In this document: positions 24,226 to 34,307 of the stretch, piece after piece
Numbering within the stretch: the first letter of the stretch is position 1
How the letters are laid out: each line of letters opens with the position of its first letter
Source: Lepidodermella squamata
Taxonomy: Eukaryota > Animalia > Gastrotricha
Direction: 5' to 3'
Assembly: GCA_047495785.1 (NCBI GenBank)
Contig: JBLDXI010000020.1
Location: 868,001-932,000 of the forward strand
Length of the DNA: 64,000 bases
The notes under the pieces: generated by a model
The model's database searches: none
Told to the model about the DNA's origin: nothing
The model's input: the letters and a program-made list of their open reading frames with translations, nothing else
Position numbers and translations under genes: made by a program

Positions 24226-27200
24226 ATGAAACGCGAATTATTATGGAGACTCCTACTTGTACTAGCTTTTTGTATTACTATTTCACGGGGTAAAGTTCTG
24301 TTGGACGATCTCTTTCCATTCGGTGAGGATAATGGAGACTCCGCCATGCCTAAACAAGATGACACTTATGCGGGCCCTATCGATCTGTCGATACCTTATT
24401 TCCCGTTTTTCAAAAATCAAGAAAAAACTTTGTACATAAACAGTAATGGAGACATTTCATTTGAACGAGAAATTAGGAATGGCCAACCGGTTTGCATCCC
24501 AAGCAATCGATTTAATCGAATGATTGCTGGCTTCTGGAGTGAAATTGACACCACTAATTCCGGTGAAATCTATTATCGCCAAACGACCGATCTAGGATTG
24601 CTCAGGAAGGCCGAGGACGAAATCGTTAGAAAATATCCACGATTGGCTGGCCTCGCCCTGAAATGGCTTTTCATCGCAACATGGGAGAATGTACCACCGG
24701 GTTATAAACCTTGCAGTACAGAAAAAAACAATACTTTTCAAATGATACTAGCAACTGACGGTCGCCTTTCATTCTCAATTCTATATTACAATGAAATCAA
24801 TTGGCCATCACCAAGCTGTGGAACGGGTTCAATCGTGAAAGCCGGTTTCGATGCTGGCGACGGTGTCAACTTCTATGTAATACCTGGTTCGTGCACGACA
24901 GATATTTCAGTGTTCACGAGTTCAAACACAGGCAAGCCTGGAAGATGGGTTTTCCGATTAGACAACGGCGTGGATGCAAGAAATTGCGATGCAAACTTTA
25001 ATATCACACAACCAGTCACCGCCAGTCCGCCTTTTGTCGAGGTTTTCGGCGGAGAAGCGGTGTCATTTCAGGGACCATGCTTTGACATTTTCAGCTCGAC
25101 GTTTCAATGTGTTTTTAACGACCCTGTAAAAGGCAAAATCATCACTAATGGTGTCGGCGGAATTCCGCCTGGCAATGAAGCTCCTACAGTTTATTGCATC
25201 ACGCCATTTTTCCACGACTCGGGTCGCATTCTTGTGGAAATAATCGAGACCACAACCTTAGGAATCACCAACATTTACAAGGCTTACCTAACTGTTGCGC
25301 TCGGGCGGCCTGAAGTTTCTATCGCCTTGTCAACAACGTCGATTGATGGCAGTTACGCCAACGCAGTTTCTGATGGAAAAGCTCTAATCAAGTGGCCCTC
25401 AGACCACCCGAGATTGACCAAAGCAGCTACAGTCGATATTACTTTGCTAGCTCTGAACGACGATGAATGGATTGTTCTCGGCTTACCTCTGGCAAATTAT
25501 TCGAATGAAGGATCGGCGAACATCGATATGGGGCAACTTTTGCTTAAATTCAATCCAGAACTTTCAGACGACGCAATTCTAATGTTGACCGTCGCCAAGT
25601 CGGCTTTCTACAGTGTCAATGAATCGGACCGAGAAATAGTCAATACAATTATCAGCAGTGCTGATGGGAATGGGGTAATAACCGACTTCATCTGCTACGA
25701 CAAAAACTCAAACTTATCTGCGTGCAAGGCGGAATACTGGCGATCAACTACAAGGGATCCTATCAAATGTCTAGCAGGATTTTCGGAAATCGCCGAGAAA
25801 TCAGTGAAATGTGGCGGAAAACCATTAGCATCAGGCTTTGTCCTGCGAAGATTATTCGGAGAGAAGCCGAGAGTGGAACTTTATCCACTCGTCTGTAGCA
25901 CGTGGCAATTGGAAAACATAGAAATTCCGAACTCGGAAGACTATGCATCACGGCCTTGTCCACCTTTGCTTGAACAAGCTCAGGCCGATAGAAACTACGC
26001 GGTTTTTACTTCTAATTTCGATGCCTACTCATTGACGTTGGACCCCGGCCTTTCGCAGACGCCCAATGCTGAAAAGCCATTTGTAGCAATGCGGCTAGCT
26101 GTTCCAACCACAGGTGGAAGTGGTCAGCAATGTTTCTACGACACAGCGACTGGCAATTTACTGCGTGCTTTGAGTTACAGTGAATTCAAGCAGCCAACTT
26201 CATGGTCGACAACTTACGTAAATGCATTAAAGGACCAGATCGGAGAATTCACGTGCTGTCAACAAGGCAGGGCTTTTGCAGAGGTCTTGCCTGGTTTTGA
26301 TAGATCTCGCTGTCGAGATTTCGAGCAGAAACGGCCGATAAACGACGGTAGCAACTACAAGGCCCCACGGCCTGCTCTAGCTATGGGCGATCCCCATTTC
26401 CAGACTTACGATGGGTTGGCATACACATTCAACGGAGTTGGCGAATTTTGGATGGTAAAAGCCGTAGCATCATTCCTTTTTATGATGCAAGCACGAATGG
26501 CGATGTTTTCTGGAAATGCAGCCGTTTTCTCCGCATTCACGATGCAGGAGGGTTCTGATGGCTCTGTGGTACAGATTCAATATTCCAACTCATCGGCAAC
26601 TGAGATTCTGGTTGACGGTATCAAACTGAATTTCGGCAATGAGGCCCTGAGATCACAACACTTCGCCAAATTTTCGGTCACAGCGATCGATGACGCGTTG
26701 TCCGAAGTCAATATTGCCTTTCGCTGTGGCATGGCGTTCAATTTCTTAATAGGGAAAGGGTCCATGGCAGTTATTTCAACAGCGACTGTCAGCAATATGA
26801 ATTCGATATCTGGCTTAATGGGTGACTATGATGGCAATAAGGAAAACGATCTCAAAACTCCTGGTGGAGAAATTGTACCTTCCGGGTCTTCTCTTTCTGA
26901 TATTCATGCCAAATTCGGAGTTTTGTGGGTGGTTAAAGAAGCGGAGAGCCTTTTCACGTACCCTACCGGTTCATCGTATAAAGATTTCTTGGATTTATCA
27001 TTCGAACCACTTTTCGAACTTGATCCGCCTGGAGATACCGCTTTAAAGATTTGCGGCGATTCTTCTGCCTGTTTGATCGACTATCAAGTAGGTGGAGGCG
27101 ATGAAGCATTCGCCAATCACACCAAGGCGATCAATGACGCCTTCAAGCTCGTTGATAAAATTTTCACGACAGAGGAGCCTTCTACTACGACAGAAGACCC

Positions 27201-27759
27201 TTCAACCATTTCGACAGAAGAGCCTTCAACCGTTTCAACAGAAGAACCTCTAACTATTTCGACAGAGGAACCTTCAACCGTTTCAACAGAAGAACCTTCA
27301 ACTATTTCAACGGATGAGCCTTCGACCATTTCAACAGAAGATCCTTCAACCGTTTCAACAGAAGAACCTTCAACTATTTCAACGGATGAGCCTTCGACCA
27401 TTTCGACAGAAGAACCTTCAACCGTTTCAACAGAGGAACCTTCGACTATTTTGACAGAGGAACCCTCCACCATTTCAACGGAGGAACCTTCGACCAATTC
27501 GACAGGATCGCCATCCACTACAACATGGCAACCTTCCGCCTCGACAGCAGCTAATGACATTGATCTTATTATTTCAATTGCGGTTCCAATATCTGTTGTG
27601 GTCTTTGTGGCGGCCAGTGCAACAGTAGGCTTCCTAACTTGCAAGTATTGCCGTAAACCGACGAAAGAGCCATATTCATATCCTTTGGCACGACTATCTT
27701 TAGGTGTGAGCCGGTTGCCTCGAAGTTACCAACTCGCTCCAGCTCTAGAGCGGGTATAA
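24226..27759 (+). CDS. SUSD2/Mesh/MUC4-like type I membrane protein: signal, NIDO, IPT-like, AMOP-like, VWD, Thr/Ser/Glu repeat stalk, TM, short tail; intronless
   Basis: NIDO motifs (LFPFG, YINSNGDISF, IAGFWSEID, NTFQMILATDG, SSNTGKPGRWVF), AMOP-like CPP...GQQCFYD, GDPHFQTYDG autoproteolysis site of VWD, GLMGDYDGNKENDL, hydrophobic TM IISIAVPISVVVFVAA. Confidence 0.92.
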   Translation: MKRELLWRLLLVLAFCITISRGKVLLDDLFPFGEDNGDSAMPKQDDTYAGPIDLSIPYFPFFKNQEKTLYINSNGDISFEREIRNGQPVCIPSNRFNRMIAGFWSEIDTTNSGEIYYRQTTDLGLLRKAEDEIVRKYPRLAGLALKWLFIATWENVPPGYKPCSTEKNNTFQMILATDGRLSFSILYYNEINWPSPSCGTGSIVKAGFDAGDGVNFYVIPGSCTTDISVFTSSNTGKPGRWVFRLDNGVDARNCDANFNITQPVTASPPFVEVFGGEAVSFQGPCFDIFSSTFQCVFNDPVKGKIITNGVGGIPPGNEAPTVYCITPFFHDSGRILVEIIETTTLGITNIYKAYLTVALGRPEVSIALSTTSIDGSYANAVSDGKALIKWPSDHPRLTKAATVDITLLALNDDEWIVLGLPLANYSNEGSANIDMGQLLLKFNPELSDDAILMLTVAKSAFYSVNESDREIVNTIISSADGNGVITDFICYDKNSNLSACKAEYWRSTTRDPIKCLAGFSEIAEKSVKCGGKPLASGFVLRRLFGEKPRVELYPLVCSTWQLENIEIPNSEDYASRPCPPLLEQAQADRNYAVFTSNFDAYSLTLDPGLSQTPNAEKPFVAMRLAVPTTGGSGQQCFYDTATGNLLRALSYSEFKQPTSWSTTYVNALKDQIGEFTCCQQGRAFAEVLPGFDRSRCRDFEQKRPINDGSNYKAPRPALAMGDPHFQTYDGLAYTFNGVGEFWMVKAVASFLFMMQARMAMFSGNAAVFSAFTMQEGSDGSVVQIQYSNSSATEILVDGIKLNFGNEALRSQHFAKFSVTAIDDALSEVNIAFRCGMAFNFLIGKGSMAVISTATVSNMNSISGLMGDYDGNKENDLKTPGGEIVPSGSSLSDIHAKFGVLWVVKEAESLFTYPTGSSYKDFLDLSFEPLFELDPPGDTALKICGDSSACLIDYQVGGGDEAFANHTKAINDAFKLVDKIFTTEEPSTTTEDPSTISTEEPSTVSTEEPLTISTEEPSTVSTEEPSTISTDEPSTISTEDPSTVSTEEPSTISTDEPSTISTEEPSTVSTEEPSTILTEEPSTISTEEPSTNSTGSPSTTTWQPSASTAANDIDLIISIAVPISVVVFVAASATVGFLTCKYCRKPTKEPYSYPLARLSLGVSRLPRSYQLAPALERV
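27167..27500 (+). repeat. Coding 24-bp tandem repeat (TEEPST[IV]S), ~14 units, mucin-like stalk
   Basis: Direct reading of DNA and translation. Confidence 0.95.
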
Positions 27760-28056
27760 CTTAATTAACGCAATTGATGCGGTTCGATGCAACTCCTAGC
27801 TATCCTAGCTTTCGAGTTGAAATGAGTCATGCATCGTTTATAATGACTGAATGTAAAATAATGGAAATTAGTGCAATAAAACGCATGCTTTCTTCAGTGT
27901 TTTACTGTTTTTCGGCATTTGCTTCAAAACAGAAGATAATTCAGACTAATTATTCGCTGACATACATGAAATGTACGTGCTTCAAAAATGTAGTAATAAT
28001 GAACACAGAATTTAGAACTGGAAAAATCGGCGGTTCTTCTGGAATCTTGATTTCAA

Positions 28057-28325
28057 TTAGGCAACTTGGACCACAAGAGTAGCCATGGCCATCGACTCAT
28101 TCGCAGCCTTCACTTCTTTGGCCTCCAAATATCCAAATCTTTGTTTACGTCGATCAATTGCTTCAGCTCTTCGTAGGCGATTCGCAATCGATTGCGACAG
28201 TCAGGATGAATAACAGCGAAGGTTTCTTTCGTCATTTCCTCTTGTTTTCGAATGTCGTACTCGTCCTTGCCTTCAGCTTTCATCTTCTCCACGCGCGCTC
28301 GCATTTGCTGCGCCTGTATTTCATA
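28057..28325 (-). pseudogene. TBCA: Tubulin-folding cofactor A pseudogene (intronless, 5' truncated, frameshifted)
   Basis: YEIQAQQMRARVEKMKAEGKDEYDIRKQEEMTKET...PDCRNRLRIAYEELKQLID-NKDL matches TBCA. An 8-nt duplication-like insert (TTTGGATA) shifts the frame before EAKEVKAANES...; no credible N-terminus. Confidence 0.75.
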
Positions 28326-28806
28326 AAAAGGTGTCCCTTCGAAATATTTCTTCTTACTAAAAGAATCAAGCAATCTTGGATGGCACGGAAACACTTCCTG
28401 TTTCACGTAGAATTAGAGGTTTTAGGATGGAATAAGACTCAGGTATTTCCGCTAAAGAAAAATCGCACTCGAAAAAAAGCAAAAAACAATGAACAAGAAC
28501 AATTTTACATGACACATGTCCCCCTAAAAGCACCGACATTGATTAACGACGCAAAAGGTATCTCAGAATTTAGGGAACCTGAGGCGATAGCTTATCACCA
28601 GGAGATGTGTCCCTCGATAACAGCTTTCAAACGACACATTGGCCTTTGAAACTGGTGAACTTGGATTCATCACCTTTAAGTGGGCAATTTCGGCGAATTT
28701 AAATGACTAATAAACAAAGCCGATCGACCGATTTCTGAACACACGCCAACAGGGTAATAGAAAAATCGACTAGCTTCACTTTAAGGATGCGATTTTATTT
28801 TTGTTT

Positions 28807-29692
28807 TTATTTATTAAAAAGATGTTCAGAATGCGCCATTCTACAGTTATTTATTCCGCCAAGTGAAAGCCGTTTCTCCAGTTCAGCAACGCGCCACTCT
28901 GCCTGACTTCGAGACAAAATTGCCTGAAAATGAAAATAAAAATGAATAAAAAATTGTCCGATATGAACTCTAGATCTTCATGCGCACCTTGTCGCGAGAT
29001 GCTTCCAGCATTCTGACTTCGGACTGCGGGTTTTAAACGAAGTTGGTAAAAGATTCAATGGCACAATTTATCGAAAGCAGAAATAACGCAATAATAAGCG
29101 AATGAAAACATGACAGAGCACGTTAAAGTGAGATTGCTAAGGCTCACTCTATGCCGCCGTTCAGCTTCACCCAAGTGCCGAGCCATCGACTGGTGGGCAA
29201 CCTCGGCCAGTGCCAGCCTAGCTTCCACATGCACCAGCCTGTCCTCGAGATCGCGATTTTTGAGCCGAGAAACCTTGAAAATAACGGATCACAGCTTCAG
29301 CTATAGAACTGAAGTTTCGAGCTTACCTTTAGCTCACATTCCAGGTCCTCCTTCAACATTCCAACTAGCTTCATCTCGTTTTGGGTTTCCTGTTGGAAAT
29401 TAAATAATAAAAGAAAATTAATTCGAACTGGAAAATACCTCTAGCTGCTCTTCCAGTTCGATGATCTTGTTTTCCGAGGATAATTTGAATGACGCGAATT
29501 GCCGATCTGTCATCTTGAGGTCGGCTTGAAGTCTGTCTATGGCGTGATGAGCCTTCTCCAGCTTTTCGAACTGTTAACAAAGTAAACCTATTTGACCACT
29601 TTTAAAGGTCCCATAGCTACCTGGATATGGTCCATCGCAACCATATAGGCTTCATCATCGCGAATATTGGCCAAATATTTGAAATTGTACAT
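28807..29692 (-). CDS. M[FY]NF-type coiled-coil protein without ankyrin repeats (6 exons)
   Basis: MYNFKYLANIRDDEAYMVAMDHIQ|FEKLEKAH...|ETQNEM...|VSRLKNRDLE...|SEVRMLEASRDK|AILSRSQAEWRVAELEKRL...*. Five GT-AG phase-0 introns give an open frame. Confidence 0.8.
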
Positions 29693-29896
29693 GTTTAAAG
29701 TTGAATGAATTGTTTTCAAGAATTCAGCAGCTGATCATTTGAAAGCATTCATTGTTGCGCAATAACACGCATGCGGTTTCGAAACAAAGCAATTTACTTT
29801 AAAAGAAAAAAGCACTGGTCGAATTATGGCACAACTTTTATGTTTTAGGAATCACGGAAATTTTGTGTCAAAAAGTTTTTTCATTATATAGTGAAA

Positions 29897-30283
29897 TTAT
29901 AGCGCATGTCCCTCCATTATATTGCGCGCCATCAACTGAGCCCACAGGTAGAACGAAGTCGTTTGCTGGCAAACAGCTTTCGAATTGAAATGAGTCATGC
30001 ATCGTTTCAATCGAAATTCGTACAAAACTCGTTGTTTTTGAACCGGCGTTAGCTCGCTCCAAATTTTGATAATGTGGCGCAGTTGACGCTCGCCGCTGCT
30101 CAAATTCGCGCTGCTTTGCTGTTTCGCCGCCAGCATTTTATCGATAAGTTGCAGAGGATCGGCAGCAGTTATATCCACTGAGGCATTCGGTAAGGAAGGT
30201 TCGTCTCCGATGGTTTTGATTACAGCACACCGGCAGTAAGAAACCGCAATGACCAGAACTGACGTAGTTAGAAGAACCCTCAT
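29897..30283 (-). CDS. Secreted C-x9-C / FxLWA family protein 3 (128 aa, single exon)
   Basis: Signal peptide; WSELTPVQKQRVLYEFRLKRCMTHFNSKAVCQQTTSFYLWAQLMARNIMEG; TATAAATA on minus strand at 30334-30341. Confidence 0.88.
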   Translation of the reverse strand: MRVLLTTSVLVIAVSYCRCAVIKTIGDEPSLPNASVDITAADPLQLIDKMLAAKQQSSANLSSGERQLRHIIKIWSELTPVQKQRVLYEFRLKRCMTHFNSKAVCQQTTSFYLWAQLMARNIMEGHAL

Positions 30284-32224
30284 CGTTAATGATTAGATTG
30301 AAACCGTTTAAAAATTGCATAAAATGACTGTTGTATTTATAGGATTCTTGACGTGTGCGGCGATGTGATTGAGCGATCAACCATGCTTTCGTCTTTGGAT
30401 TAAACTAACGCCTGAAAGACGTGACTTGTCCAATGATGTCGCCGCGGCGATGAGCTACCGCATCGGAATGTTTGTTAAGCTCGAGCTCCCACTTAAATGA
30501 TTAGATAATGACACATCACACAAACAAGCAGGACATCACCTTTTAGGCTGAACTGTGGACAGCGGTCCGATTGCGAATCAATAAAATTGGCTAGTCAGCT
30601 TAAAATATCCTAGGCTGTCTTTTACTTATTCACTCATGCGAGACATCGTAACCAGAATTATTAAGTGACAACAGACGACGTTTCAAAACCCGCACAGTAC
30701 TCTAAACGGATTAAAAATGTCAATTGTCAATTGACACCTTTTTTATTTGTTTATTAAGTCCGTCTTAAATACTGCTCGATGGGCTTGTCATAACATATTG
30801 GCACTAGGCACTAAGTGATGCCTAGGACATGGCTTTCATAACTAGGACTCCTAATATTGCGAACTCAAAGTCGAGTACAATTTCCGAGGCTTCAATCAGT
30901 TTCGGTCAATGTCGCATTTTTTTAAATGTCGCCGATGAAATTTCCCGGCCTGACAAAGCTTCTAAAGAATTAACTCATGACCAGTTTTCAGTTTAACTGG
31001 CGTAATTTCGCTTTAACGAATACCGCAAGTATGTTTGCGAAACCTTTTTTTTTCGTGCTCAAATAATGGCCCGATCGGCTAATTTTACCTATGATGCAAT
31101 TTTTTGATCTACTAGATGATCGCAATCAAGCAAAATGGATATTCTAAAATTGAAATAGAGTAATAATATTTCATCACCTCATCTGAAAGAACTTGGCCTT
31201 GCCGAATAGTTTAGGGGTTTCCTAAACCTTAAACCTCAAATACCCTTGAATAACTTTGAAGAAGAAGTCAACCGATCCAAAATGTATCCACCACATAAGA
31301 AGCCTAACTGCAGATCCTCGCTTGCCTTGGGCGTAATTAAAATGTTCGATTTAAAATGTTCAGAGAATAGCAGCTAAATTGGCCAGTATGGATAGGTGAC
31401 TAGGTGGAACTTTCAAAAAGGTTCAGGGAGCTTTTAGGGTTCAGATCTATTGACAAAATCAAGCTTCAGAAGTTTGAATTGCTATGAGAATAGGTCAAAT
31501 TTCTCCTAAAGGGTACCAACCAGGGTCTGGAGGTGTGAGTCTAGCTGAAGTTCGAATGCAAGCTATTTATTTCGAAAGAAGCTTTTGAATTTTTCATTGG
31601 AATAATAATTGGAATAATCCCACTTCACCATTTAGTATATACCGCCTTTTGATTGATTTCTCATATTTGATTTTCAGCTGATGATGAATGCCTAGAATGG
31701 TCGAAATGGTCATAAAGTTTACAGTAACATCGTGATTTATTTTTCGATAAATTTAACTGAAATCGGCAAGTTATCCAAGTCGTTCAATTTTAGCCCTCTT
31801 TCTCCTACACAAATCGGTGATTTCTAGGTCGTAAAGCCCATTCAAAAATCGCCAGTGATCGAATTCGAAGCTGAAATCGATTGCTTCACCAATAAGCAGC
31901 CGCTTCTTGTACTTTTCCTCAATTTCATCGAAAATTGCTGGCTGGCCAATAAATACACAAACTGGTACTACTTTTTATCTTATTTAATTAAAGGAATAAG
32001 GAATAAACATTCCAAGTAAAAACATAGAACAAATAAAAACTCAGTAGATTATGAGGAAAAGTATCGATTTCAGGTGTTTAATGACAACGTCGGGACAAAA
32101 TTAGCAAATAAAAATCGAACCATTATTTGCTCGCATGGCGGTTTTACGTTTTACCGCAGCATTAGGAATAGAGATACGTCCGTCTGCCAGAAGTTTCAAG
32201 TAATTATCTACTCAAATTATCAGC

Positions 32225-33370
32225 ATGGATTCCAGCGATGACGAAGACATGTCGTCGATCTGCGGCGTTGAAAGCAGCGATGACGAGGATGAATTCTACT
32301 TCAACAAAACATCCAACAACAGGCGGCATTCGCTGAGCCGAGTAACAAAACGCACGTACGACGCGCAGCGAGAATCAGCCAGAATAGCTGCTGGCTTCGT
32401 CGGCCTGTGGCACAAGGTGACATTCAGCGTTTGCGCAACTCTCTTCCTGTTACATTTCATCGCCATGATGCTGCCGTATTGGACTGTTTACGAGACAAAC
32501 ACTACAACAGCACATGCCGGAATTTGGGTGTTTTGCATCCAGCTCGACCTAACCGACTCTACGGCGAATATTGGCATGGGCGGCGTGAAGAAATCTGGCC
32601 ACAGCGAGGAGGCTGAAGATGACCCGGAGGCGGGGATAAAAAGCCTCGAATTCTATTTGAACTCGCAAATTTTAACAATTTACATGATTATCGCTCGATC
32701 TTTAATCACGTTGTCGTTATCCCTACTCACCGCTTGCCTGTCAATCAGCGCAATGCTGGTGTGTTTCCCAGAGGCTAAAATCGGTAATTATTACCGATTC
32801 TTCCAACGACTGATCATATTCACCCTGATAGCCGCTAGTTTGTCGTCAGTCGCTGCAATTTGCTTCTGGCACGGTCGCTATTGCGAACTATGCGACTGGA
32901 TGTTAAAATTAATGAGTTCAGTGTCGTTCGATGAAAGTGGGTCAAGCGCTACGTTCAATCAAACTGTTTTCGACGAAATTCATAAGCCAAGCACGCAAGC
33001 GCCTGTTCTTAACGGCAATGCAACCGAAGACGAGCTGCCAACCCCAAAGCCTAGCCAAGCAGCTCTACCGTCCCTCCTGTTATCCGCTAACAATTTAACA
33101 GCGGCCATGCTGCAATTAGACGACGGAGATGTGCCGTCGGCTGTTGCTGGTAACGTGTCGTTGGACGATGAAGATTTTCATTACGTCATGCAGGGCGCGT
33201 TTGGGTCACAGCTTGTCGATACGATTGTCTTCGGGCCGGAAGGGCCGGGTCATGTCAGCACCAAGTTGAAGTGCTACACGGGCGGGTGTGCTTGGCTTCT
33301 TATCATCGAATTAGGCATTTGTGTGCTTTATTTTGTCGTTTTTCTTGTCGTTCGACAAGGTAGACTTTGA
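32225..33370 (+). CDS. Claudin/PMP22-superfamily-like tetraspan membrane protein, single exon
   Basis: Four hydrophobic segments; PYW...AGIWVFC resembles the W-GLW-C first-loop motif; long N-glycosylated second loop. Confidence 0.7.
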   Translation: MDSSDDEDMSSICGVESSDDEDEFYFNKTSNNRRHSLSRVTKRTYDAQRESARIAAGFVGLWHKVTFSVCATLFLLHFIAMMLPYWTVYETNTTTAHAGIWVFCIQLDLTDSTANIGMGGVKKSGHSEEAEDDPEAGIKSLEFYLNSQILTIYMIIARSLITLSLSLLTACLSISAMLVCFPEAKIGNYYRFFQRLIIFTLIAASLSSVAAICFWHGRYCELCDWMLKLMSSVSFDESGSSATFNQTVFDEIHKPSTQAPVLNGNATEDELPTPKPSQAALPSLLLSANNLTAAMLQLDDGDVPSAVAGNVSLDDEDFHYVMQGAFGSQLVDTIVFGPEGPGHVSTKLKCYTGGCAWLLIIELGICVLYFVVFLVVRQGRL

Positions 33371-33963
33371 ACTATGTGAAATAAATATAAATTAATCATA
33401 AAAATGATCAACAGACTTTAAATCCCGGAGATTACGCAGAATTTTATCGAAAATTATGAAAGTCCCAAACATTTGAGAGGCGAATTTCAGGCGATGTATG
33501 AAGAATAATTTTATTTGTTATTTTTCAAATTCAGTGGGAGCACATAAGACGAGGACAAATACGACGGGGCAATAGATGCAGGACGAATGGGATGATAAAC
33601 ATTTTATTTTTATTAAGAGAATAAATAAAAAGCGTATTATTGGGATTGGGGTTACGGTTACGGCTAGTAAGGTTTAGGGTTCTGGTATAAGGATTGAGGT
33701 TAGGGTCTGGGGAATATACAAATATTAATTTCCTAATTTTTTTCCTGTCTATCGGTATATCCTTACCTTGTAATTTGCTTAATTTGATTCCGCTAAAAGC
33801 AATTATTTTTGAGTCCAAATCACTGATTTGTAACATCGATAATTGAAATCGATATCGGCTCTACATATAGGAGAAGTATACCTAATTCGTAAACTGACTG
33901 CTTATAGCGCAAAATACGCGTTATATAAAACAAAATCCCGAATGATGGTGCTATTCAAAAAGT

Positions 33964-33988
33964 CCCCCCCCCCCCCCCCCCCCCCCCC
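33964..33988 (+). repeat. Poly-C tract (25 nt; poly-G / G4-capable on minus strand)
   Basis: Direct reading. Confidence 0.9.
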
Positions 33989-34307
33989 ATCCTCCCCTGA
34001 GTTCATAAGCTTCCGAGAAATGCATTCGCATTATATCAGCGATGGTTTCGATATTTGGATCTTATGGATCCTCCGTTTCTTTCGCCCATAGAGCGGCGTG
34101 CAAGCGTCTATAGAGATTTAAGATACAGTACAGAAATCTCACAGCCGATATTGACCTAAATACGCATCGTATTAACAAGCGGACAATCCACCTTAATAAC
34201 GATCGGATTTCCGGGTTTAATTGCATTTTTTATGACCATTTGTAAGCAACCTCACACCTCACATCCGATAATATCGTGCACAATTGTTTAATTCGCGATT
34301 AAACGAT

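Noticed and set aside
27117-27644. 175-aa minus-strand ORF (VEGSS repeats) and similar antisense ORFs over PKC, SK, ENPP and ankyrin exons
   Set aside because: Shadows of coding sequence on the opposite strand with no independent support.
16373-30283. HMG-box resemblance of W..L...QK in the secreted family
   Set aside because: Only a short helix motif matches; the proteins have signal peptides and a cysteine pair and lack the rest of the HMG box.
33640-33712. Telomere-like TTAGGG sequence
   Set aside because: Highly degenerate and short; more likely the interior of a small repeat element than a telomere or interstitial array.
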